Of a DNA stretch of 64,000 bases, positions 56,848 to 63,362 are shown piece after piece. Source of the stretch: Vicinamibacterales bacterium (GTDB taxonomy: Bacteria > Acidobacteriota > Vicinamibacteria > Vicinamibacterales > UBA8438). How positions within the stretch are numbered: the stretch's first letter is position 1; every line of letters begins with the position of its first letter. Made by a program: the position numbers and the translations under genes. The notes beneath the pieces were generated by a model that was not told the origin of the DNA, did no database searches, and was given only the letters and a program-made list of their open reading frames with translations. The stretch lies in the NCBI GenBank assembly GCA_965204175.1, contig OZ241978.1, positions 3,814,164-3,878,163 on the forward strand, in the 5' to 3' direction.

Positions 56848-57708
56848 TTACAGGAGCGACAGCAGCAGGTTCACGGTGATGGAACCGCTGCTATCGCGCA
56901 CCAGCTGGCCGCGGCCGGCCGACGCCACGCGCTCCAGAAAGGAATCGGTCCGGGACAGACCGCGACCATTGTTCACCAGGACGGTAGACACCCGGCCATC
57001 CCCCGCTGCCGAAAACGACGCCGCTTCCGAGACAGCTTGCTCTACTTCCTCCCGATAGGCCGGGTTGTCGGTGATCAACACGATCACTCGCTGCTCCGCC
57101 GTCGAACGCCAGCTCATGCGGGTGGCTTCCCGCAATCCGAGAAGGAACGCCTCCGCCGCATCGGGATTTCCACCGCCACCCCTCCCTATGCGGATACTCA
57201 ATCCGTTGACGAAGCGCCGCAACGCGTCCTGTGCGCCGCCAGAATCGTTGATCTCCCGCAGATCGAAACTGGTAACGGGTCTGTCGTAGTCTCGATCGCC
57301 GAACGCCACCACCCCCACGCCCAAGCTTGGAGTCAAGCCGACCAGGAGCCGGCTCAACTGGTCGACCTCGGCCTTGAGACCGGCAATCTGCTCGCCCATG
57401 CTGCCGGTCACGTCGAGCGCGATGACCAGGTCCAGATGCGGAAAGCTCGCCGCGGGAGGGGCGGGAGGCGCCGGCGGACAGGGCGGGCAGGGCTCAGCTG
57501 GCGGGCAGGGCTCGGCCGGCGGGCAGGGCAAGACCGGCGGACACTCCGGTGGATCCGGCGCCGCCATGACCACGACCGGACTGCGGGCGGTGTTCGGAAA
57601 GTAGGGAAAGATGACGATCGCAATCAGGATGAACGCGCCGAGCGCCGACGCGAACAGGTCCAGCGCCGACATGCTGAAGATACTGATCTCGCGGTTTCGC
57701 TTCTTCAT
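56848..57708 (-). CDS. Membrane-anchored vWA domain protein with an ExbD/TolR-like N-terminal anchor and a Cys/Pro-rich linker
   Basis: MKKRNREISIFSMSALDLFASALGAFILIAIVIF is a basic N-terminus with an EI(S/N)I-like motif and a TM containing Asp. The linker is PECPPVLPCPPAEPCPPAEPCPPCPPAPPAPP. vWA MIDAS DLVIALDVTGSMG and a later VIVLITDNPA. Confidence 0.8.
   Translation of the reverse strand: MKKRNREISIFSMSALDLFASALGAFILIAIVIFPYFPNTARSPVVVMAAPDPPECPPVLPCPPAEPCPPAEPCPPCPPAPPAPPAASFPHLDLVIALDVTGSMGEQIAGLKAEVDQLSRLLVGLTPSLGVGVVAFGDRDYDRPVTSFDLREINDSGGAQDALRRFVNGLSIRIGRGGGGNPDAAEAFLLGLREATRMSWRSTAEQRVIVLITDNPAYREEVEQAVSEAASFSAAGDGRVSTVLVNNGRGLSRTDSFLERVASAGRGQLVRDSSGSITVNLLLSLL
57482..57535 (-). 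repeat. 18-nt tandem repeat (ggcgggcagggctcRgcY x3, with degenerate flanking copies) encoding the (A/V)(E/L)PCPP units
   Basis: Read directly at 57482-57499, 57500-57517 and 57518-57535. Confidence 0.85.
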
Positions 57709-57734
57709 GGTCGTACCCGTATCGGGTCGTCAGG

Positions 57735-59027
57735 TCAGGGCCGGACGGATTGCACCGCCAGCACCGGCAGGTCGCCGAGTTGGACGTCGTCGCCCGGAGC
57801 AATCGTCCGCGGCTTGAACGGTTCGAGCGCTACACCGTTGACGCGCGTGCCGTTGCTGGAATTTAGATCCTCGATGTAGAAGCGGCGACGTTCGCGCGTC
57901 ACGCGGGCGTGCCGACGGGAGATGGTGGGGTGGCCAACGACACTGTCCACGAGCGGCGCGTGGCTGCCGACCACGAACCCGCCGGCGCCCCGACCCAAGC
58001 CGGTGTCGCGTACCAGGATCTGCGGCGCCCCTTCGGCAGCCAGCACCAGCACCGGAGCGGCCGCGGAGTTAACTACCCTCGGCCCTGTAGCTGCACGACG
58101 GCGACCGGCCGGCCGACCCATATGGTGGCGGATGCTGGTCGACATCTTCTCCACGATCCGCACCACCTCCCGCCGCGGCTTGCGCAACGCCAGCAGCAGC
58201 GCCGGCAGCGCCACGGTACCGACGCCAACCGCCAGCCACAGCGCCCGGTTCGCGGCCGAGACGGCCGCGGCCGTCTCATCACCGAACGCACCCGCGGCAT
58301 CGGCTGCGGCTGCAGCAGCAGCGGCAGCCCGCGCCGCATCGTCATCACAAGGTGCATCCGTCGTATCGAGGCTGATGTCATCGAATCTGTCCAGCTCACG
58401 TACCGCCTCGGTGATGCGGGAAGCCATGAACATTCCCTGCGCCGACAGGAACCCCGCGGTGTTCACGCCGATGACGACGCCGCAGTCGTTGATCAGCGGC
58501 CCGCCGCTGTTGCCGGGATTGATGTCGGCGCTGTGTTGAATGATGTCCAGCTGCCGGCCGGCGCGTCCGTCCCAGGAGTTCGTGTGCAGACGCCCGATGA
58601 CGCCCTCGGTCGACGTCACATCGTCCGCCGGGCTGATCTGGTCGGCCACGCCCGGATACCCCAACGCCCATACCCTCTCGCGGGTCCGCAACTCCATCGT
58701 GCCGAGCGTGACCGGCGGCAGCGTCAGGCCGTCCACCTCCAGCACCGCCAAGTCCAGCGCCTCGGACGACCACGCGACCCGCGCACGCCGCCTTCCGCCG
58801 GTATGCGCCGATGCGACCTCAAACGTCGTCTGGCCGTCCACGACGTGCTGGTTGGTGAGTACCCACCCGGGCGCGACCACCGATCCGCTACCGGTGCCGC
58901 TGTCGCCGACGACCCGGACGACGCTCCGTTCCACGGCGTCGAGCGCCGTGGCGGGTTGGGCGACAGCCCACCCGCATGTCCAGGACAACGAGCATGCAAC
59001 GGTCGATGCAATCGCAACGCTTCGCAT
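57735..59027 (-). CDS. Trypsin-like serine protease (catalytic triad present), TM, C-terminal FHA domain
   Basis: Signal peptide MRSVAIASTVACSLSWTCGWAVAQ. Catalytic motifs: His in VLTNQHVV, Asp in LDLAVLEV, Ser in NPGNSGGPLIN. TM ALWLAVGVGTVALPALLLAL. FHA VVGHPTISRRHARVTRERRRFYIEDLNSSNGTRVNG. GAGGAAGGGG SD upstream. Confidence 0.85.
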   Translation of the reverse strand: MRSVAIASTVACSLSWTCGWAVAQPATALDAVERSVVRVVGDSGTGSGSVVAPGWVLTNQHVVDGQTTFEVASAHTGGRRRARVAWSSEALDLAVLEVDGLTLPPVTLGTMELRTRERVWALGYPGVADQISPADDVTSTEGVIGRLHTNSWDGRAGRQLDIIQHSADINPGNSGGPLINDCGVVIGVNTAGFLSAQGMFMASRITEAVRELDRFDDISLDTTDAPCDDDAARAAAAAAAAADAAGAFGDETAAAVSAANRALWLAVGVGTVALPALLLALRKPRREVVRIVEKMSTSIRHHMGRPAGRRRAATGPRVVNSAAAPVLVLAAEGAPQILVRDTGLGRGAGGFVVGSHAPLVDSVVGHPTISRRHARVTRERRRFYIEDLNSSNGTRVNGVALEPFKPRTIAPGDDVQLGDLPVLAVQSVRP

Positions 59028-59060
59028 GAACCCCTTCCTCTTCGGACTCTGCGGCGAACG

Positions 59061-60506
59061 TCAAACGTTGTCGCCGAGGCGGCCTGCTTCCGTAGCGTCG
59101 AGCGTCACGGTGAGCGTCAGGTCGCCCACCCGCAGCACGCCGCCGTGGCACAACGCGACGGCGGCGCCCGGCGTCAGACGAACGTCGTCGAGCGTCGTCC
59201 CATTCGTTGAATGCAGATCCTCTATGAACACTGCACTCTCGCGGGCAGACAGGCGGAAGTGTCGGCGGGACACCGCGGTATGGTCGAGTACCAAGGCGCT
59301 CTGGAACGGATTGCGCCCGACCACGGCGCCACCCGCGTCCGCGATGGCGCTGCCCGGGACGCGCACCGCGATCGGGTGACCTTCCGCATCGGCACCGTTG
59401 AGAAAGACCGACGGGACGGCGCTCGCCAGACGGTCCTGCGCAGCTCGATCGGCAAGATCCTCTTGCGCGGCTTGTGCCAGGGTCTCCGCCGTTACCTGCT
59501 CCTGCCGCGCCTTCGCAACCGAGCGCCGAGCGGCCAACCAGAACAGCATCCCGGCCGTTGCTACTCCAGCCGCACCCAGACCTGCCCACCGGAGGTACCG
59601 CGCCCTGTCCGCTGCCGCCCGCTCCTGCGCCTCGGCAGACTCTTCCTCCGCCAACCGTCGCGCTTCGACCGCCTCGGCGGCATCGACCTGCGCCGCCTCG
59701 GCTGTCGACTCGGCCTGTTCCCGCAGATCGGCCTCGGCGTCGGCCGCCGCTTCGGCCCGGCGTCGCCTTTCCGCCTCCGCCGCGGCGCGTCGCTCCGCAT
59801 CGGCGGCCGCCGCTTCGGCCACCGCAGCCCGCTCCGCATCGGACAGACAGGGCCTGTCAGCGGTGGTCGCTGCCAAGCCAACCGCGCTGAAGCGCGCGAG
59901 CAGCCACACCCCTGGCACGGCGCGATCGCTGCCGGAGGACGCCAGGTTCGGGTCGCGGTCGTCGACCACGACACCGATGATCTCGCCGCAGATATTGAGC
60001 AACGGCGCACCGAAGTTGCGCTGCCAGTCGTTGAACGCGTCGTGCCGAACGAACCCTGGATCGGATGTCGCTGCGCCAACCTCGACGGCTAGCACACGGC
60101 CGGGCACCAGCGCTATGGTCCCTGATCTCGCGTCGCGCGTGGCGGCATGGACTTCCTGCGGCTCCTGTGCCGAGACGCTTGCGAAGGGGTACGGAGGCGC
60201 GGGCAGGCCCGGTACAGCCAGCAACCCGAGACCCAGCCTCTCGTCGGCGGCCACGAGGCGTCCCTCATGCTCGGTTCCACCGACGTCGGTCACCACGAGG
60301 TTGGCGATGTCGGCGTCGATGCTCGTGATGACCTGCGCCTCGCCGGCGACGAAGCCGAGCCCCACGAGCGCGTCTGTCGTCCCCGCCGCATTCGCAGCGC
60401 GCACGACGACCACGCCGGCCACCGACGGCGTCTGCGCAGCCACCGGAGCCACGACCACACTGCCGGCCACCCACACGAGTAGGCCGGCCCGCAACATCGT
60501 CACCAT
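59061..60506 (-). CDS. Degenerate trypsin-like domain (triad apparently lost), Ala/Glu/Arg coiled-coil, TM, C-terminal FHA domain
   Basis: Signal peptide MLRAGLLVWVAGSVVVAPVAAQ. The protease-fold remnant has RNFGAPLLNICGEIIGVV in place of GNSGGPL, and no His or Asp at the aligned positions. Coiled coil AERAAVAEAAAADAERRAAAEAERRRRAEAAADAEADLREQAE.... TM WAGLGAAGVATAGMLFWLAA. FHA VVGRNP...VSRRHFRLSARESAVFIEDLHSTNGTTLDD. Start at 60506 (GGAGG SD) or 60608. Confidence 0.8.
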   Translation of the reverse strand: MVTMLRAGLLVWVAGSVVVAPVAAQTPSVAGVVVVRAANAAGTTDALVGLGFVAGEAQVITSIDADIANLVVTDVGGTEHEGRLVAADERLGLGLLAVPGLPAPPYPFASVSAQEPQEVHAATRDARSGTIALVPGRVLAVEVGAATSDPGFVRHDAFNDWQRNFGAPLLNICGEIIGVVVDDRDPNLASSGSDRAVPGVWLLARFSAVGLAATTADRPCLSDAERAAVAEAAAADAERRAAAEAERRRRAEAAADAEADLREQAESTAEAAQVDAAEAVEARRLAEEESAEAQERAAADRARYLRWAGLGAAGVATAGMLFWLAARRSVAKARQEQVTAETLAQAAQEDLADRAAQDRLASAVPSVFLNGADAEGHPIAVRVPGSAIADAGGAVVGRNPFQSALVLDHTAVSRRHFRLSARESAVFIEDLHSTNGTTLDDVRLTPGAAVALCHGGVLRVGDLTLTVTLDATEAGRLGDNV

Positions 60507-60611
60507 CCACCCTACCTCCGTGCTACAGGTAGTCTTCCGAGAGTTTCCGACGCCTCCTTGCTTGCCGTCCCAGGCACCCTGCGCTACGGAAGTCTCGTGC
60601 GTCACCACCTC

Positions 60612-61469
60612 CTATCGGGCGATTCGCCGCGTCGGCGCCGTGAGCCGTTCAAATCGGCGCCGTACGGCAGCCAGTGCAAGGTGTCGATAGACGATGACGC
60701 TGGCGTTGTCCTGCGACGGCCTGTCCGCCGCTGCTACGGCCTGCAAGAGACGCAACACCATCGCTTCAGCCGACCGCTGCCCGCTGCACAGGCACCGGAT
60801 CTGCTCCTGCGCAACGGTTTCGAGGCCGTCGCTTGCCAGCACGATCCGATCGCCGATTCCGAGCCGGACCGAGGCGCCATCGTCTACCAGCGCCAAGCCC
60901 TCGCCAGTCAGCGCGGACTGCAACTGGTGCGCCGCTCCCCCCCTTGCCTCCTCCGGCGTCATGCGACCAAGCCGTACCTGATTCTCCAGAACGGGCCGCA
61001 TCGAATGGTCCGCGTTCAGGCGGTCGATCCCGGCGTCTTCTCCGTCCACCCCTCCACGTACGCGCCACAGCGGTGAATCGCCCACGCTGATCCACTGCGC
61101 TGTCCCGTCGTCGGTCACGACGCACCCCACCAGGGTGCAGCCCATGCCTGCGTAGCGCGCATCGTCAGCCCCGCAGCGCCCGACCTCCGCATTGGCCACG
61201 TCAAGCGATGCGCGTAGCCGCGCGGTGATGCCGCCGCTCGCTTCCCGAAAGGTGTCGACGAAGGTCGACACGGCCAACTGGCTCGCTCGGGCGCCCCCCC
61301 GGTGCCCGCCCATGCCATCGGCCAGCACCAGCAGCAGATCGCAGCCGTCCGGGTCCGGGTCCCGGAATCCGATAGTCCAATAGTCGTCCTCCTGATAGTC
61401 ACGGGCGCCGGCAATCTGGCCGGCCGCGAGCAAGTGGTCGAAGCCCTGCAGCCCAACGGAATTCCGCAC
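60612..61469 (-). CDS. PP2C-family Ser/Thr protein phosphatase
   Basis: ARDYQEDDY, LLVLADGMGGHRGG, GCTLVG, ISVGDSPLW and VLASDGL motifs. The GTG start lies 1 nt after the upstream FHA gene's stop. Confidence 0.9.
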   Translation of the reverse strand: MRNSVGLQGFDHLLAAGQIAGARDYQEDDYWTIGFRDPDPDGCDLLLVLADGMGGHRGGARASQLAVSTFVDTFREASGGITARLRASLDVANAEVGRCGADDARYAGMGCTLVGCVVTDDGTAQWISVGDSPLWRVRGGVDGEDAGIDRLNADHSMRPVLENQVRLGRMTPEEARGGAAHQLQSALTGEGLALVDDGASVRLGIGDRIVLASDGLETVAQEQIRCLCSGQRSAEAMVLRLLQAVAAADRPSQDNASVIVYRHLALAAVRRRFERLTAPTRRIAR

Positions 61470-61470
61470 G

Positions 61471-62184
61471 TCAGTCCCCGTTCGATTCGTCTTCCCACGA
61501 GAAACCGGCGCCGCACAGCGGTACGAACCGGAGCACGGTGTTTCCCATCTGCACGTGCGTCAACGGCTCGATCTCGCGCGACTCCAACACCGGCTCGTCG
61601 CTGACGTAGGTGAGGTTCGTCCCGTCGCCGCTCTGGACGTAGAACTTCCGTCCGCGCGGTTCGTACGTGATCTTGCAGTGATTGGTCCGGGAGATCATTC
61701 GGTCGCCGTAGTCGAGCGACACCCGTTGCGTTCGGTCCCGGCCGATGGAGTTGATGCCAATCCCTAGCGTCGCAACATGACCCTTGCCCGGGCCCTCGAT
61801 GATCGTCAGCCAGCCGACCGGCGGATCGGCCATCGGATCGTCTTCGACCCGCACAGTGCGGGCCGCCGCCCCGGCGTCATCACCGCTACCTGCACCTTGT
61901 TGTCGATTGCCGTGGAATACCTCGGTGTGCCCTGAGTCCCGGCCTGGCGGATCCTGAACCCGCTTCTCGGTCGGGGCTCCGAAACGCCCGGCATCCCGGG
62001 GGGAGGTGCGTGGTGCGGTCGGGACGCCCTCGCGAACCCCGGTGGGCCTGGCGATGTCCGCCGTACGCCGGTTTGACCAACTCCCGCGCCCGCCGCCACC
62101 CACCTGATCGGTGGGTTCGGACCGCTCAACGAGCTCCGTGCTCTCGTCGATGATGTTGCCGTCCGCATTCCGCTCTAACGGCAT
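61471..62184 (-). CDS. FHA domain protein with a disordered Gly/Arg/Pro-rich N-terminal half
   Basis: GWLTIIEGPGKGHVATLGIGINSIGRDRTQRVSLDYGDRMISRTNHCKITYEPRGRKFYVQSGDGTNLTYVSDEPV is an FHA core. Start at MPLERN (62184) behind a GGGAGG SD. Confidence 0.8.
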   Translation of the reverse strand: MPLERNADGNIIDESTELVERSEPTDQVGGGGRGSWSNRRTADIARPTGVREGVPTAPRTSPRDAGRFGAPTEKRVQDPPGRDSGHTEVFHGNRQQGAGSGDDAGAAARTVRVEDDPMADPPVGWLTIIEGPGKGHVATLGIGINSIGRDRTQRVSLDYGDRMISRTNHCKITYEPRGRKFYVQSGDGTNLTYVSDEPVLESREIEPLTHVQMGNTVLRFVPLCGAGFSWEDESNGD

Positions 62185-62275
62185 GCCGTTCCTCCCTAGT
62201 GCGCGCGAACTCCTTACGCCGAAACCCCACCGCGCGCACGCGCCCTTCAGACCGGCTGCTCCCTGCACGGCGAGC

Positions 62276-63067
62276 CTATGTGGGCCGTTCGTAGAGGCGA
62301 TTGACGAGGTTCCTCAGGCAGTACAGCCCCACCCGGTTGAGCGCGCCCTCCTCGCGGCCCTGCACCACGTGCATCGCAAACATGAGCACCGCCGCCTGCA
62401 GCAGGGCGAGCAGCGTCGTATAGAACGCGACGCCGAGCTTGCCCGTCAGGCTCGTCATCAGTTCCGGCCCCAGCTCCGCCAGGTTCGCGTTCGGATCGAT
62501 GCCCGCGAACAGCTGGCCCGCGTCTCGCAGCGCGAACGCAATGCCAACGACCGTGCCGATGAAACCGAGCGTCGGAATCAGCCACACCAGGTACCGGAGC
62601 AGGTTGTAGCGCAGCTCTGTCTCGTGGTGGTAGAGCTCCATCGACGAGTTGAACATCGCGTTGACCTGGTCGACGGACCCGCTGCTCTGGAACTGGAGCA
62701 TGGCACCCGTCAACAGGCGCTGCAGCCAGTACTGCTCCTCCGCAGCCGATTGGCGCACGCGGCGGTAATAGGGGGCGATGTCCTCCTGGCGCAGGACGGT
62801 CTTGTCGTCTTCGGGAAGCAGACTTAGTCGGAGCTGATCTTCCTCCCTGTCCCCCACCCGATGGCGGACCAGCAACTCGCCCGCCGCCACGAAGAACACG
62901 ATCCACATCACGTTCTGGATCGTGAACGGATAGGTGAAGAGCTCTGTGTTCCGATCCAGGAGCAGATCGGCTGCATCGCTCTCGGCGGGCACCAGCAGCG
63001 ATAGAAGCCCTACCCAGACGAAACCGGCTACGAACGAACCGGTCAGCGTGACGACCGGCATGGGCAT
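62276..63067 (-). CDS. MotA/TolQ/ExbB-family proton-channel protein (4-TM MotA-like topology)
   Basis: LVWLIPTLGFIGTVVGIAFAL and LGVAFYTTLLALLQAAVLMFAMH correspond to the conserved C-terminal helix pair of MotA/ExbB/TolQ. There are two N-terminal TMs and a long cytoplasmic loop. ATG at 63067 behind a GGAGA SD; the ORF extends to 63115. Confidence 0.8.
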   Translation of the reverse strand: MPMPVVTLTGSFVAGFVWVGLLSLLVPAESDAADLLLDRNTELFTYPFTIQNVMWIVFFVAAGELLVRHRVGDREEDQLRLSLLPEDDKTVLRQEDIAPYYRRVRQSAAEEQYWLQRLLTGAMLQFQSSGSVDQVNAMFNSSMELYHHETELRYNLLRYLVWLIPTLGFIGTVVGIAFALRDAGQLFAGIDPNANLAELGPELMTSLTGKLGVAFYTTLLALLQAAVLMFAMHVVQGREEGALNRVGLYCLRNLVNRLYERPT

Positions 63068-63113
63068 TCGTTCATCTCCTGACAATGCGCGACGGTCTGC
63101 GCGCAACCGGCAC

Positions 63114-63362
63114 AAGACGGGGCACCGCAGGTCGAAGTTCTGGCCTAACCAATTGCGGGTACTGATGACCGCCGCCGCCTACGTCCTGATGCAGCAAATG
63201 TGCCTGCGCGCCGCGCGCGCCCGCATCCAGGTGACGTGGCTGCACGACCGCCCGCTCAAGTTGGGCGCTCACGTCGCCGTCTCCGTCCGGCGCATCGTGT
63301 TGCACCTACTTCGCAGCACGCCGGACCGCGACGACTGGCAACGCATCGCCGTCGCTCTCGGC
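63114..63362 (+). pseudogene. 3'-terminal remnant of an IS1380-family transposase gene
   Basis: RSKFWPNQLRVLMTAAAYVLMQQM......IQVTWLHDRPLKLGAHVAVSVRRIVLHLLRSTPDRDDWQRIAVAL matches the conserved C-terminal block of IS1380-type DDE transposases (ANQ.RL.L...AY.L...LR.KLLK.GA.V..S.RR..L.L). No upstream catalytic part is present. Confidence 0.6.

Noticed and set aside
54357-57535. Short tandem DNA repeats (12-nt x4 at 54357, 18-nt x3 at 57482; also 8589-8712) as possible CRISPR or regulatory arrays.
   Set aside because: The units are contiguous with no spacers, lie in frame inside well-supported CDSs, and translate to low-complexity linkers. No cas genes are present and there is no repeat-spacer periodicity anywhere in the window.
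53772-63067. Interpreting the FHA/PP2C/kinase genes as the T6SS threonine-phosphorylation pathway (PpkA/PppA/Fha1).
   Set aside because: No T6SS structural genes (TssA-M, Hcp, VgrG, ClpV) occur in the window. The vWA domain is on a separate, apparently periplasmic protein and is not fused to the kinase.
53772-63067. Interpreting the cluster as the actinobacterial FhaA-FhaB-PstP-RodA-PbpA-PknA-PknB cell-division locus.
   Set aside because: There are no SEDS or PBP genes. The kinase has no PASTA repeats. The extra trypsin, vWA and MotA-like genes do not fit, and the genomic context does not look actinobacterial.
62276-63067. Calling the MotA-like gene a Zorya ZorA, or a flagellar or Tol/Ton component.
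   Set aside because: There is no ZorB/C/D, no long ZorA-type C-terminal tail, no flagellar genes, and no TolR/TolA/TonB/ExbD genes nearby. Only the generic MotA/ExbB/TolQ family call is supportable.
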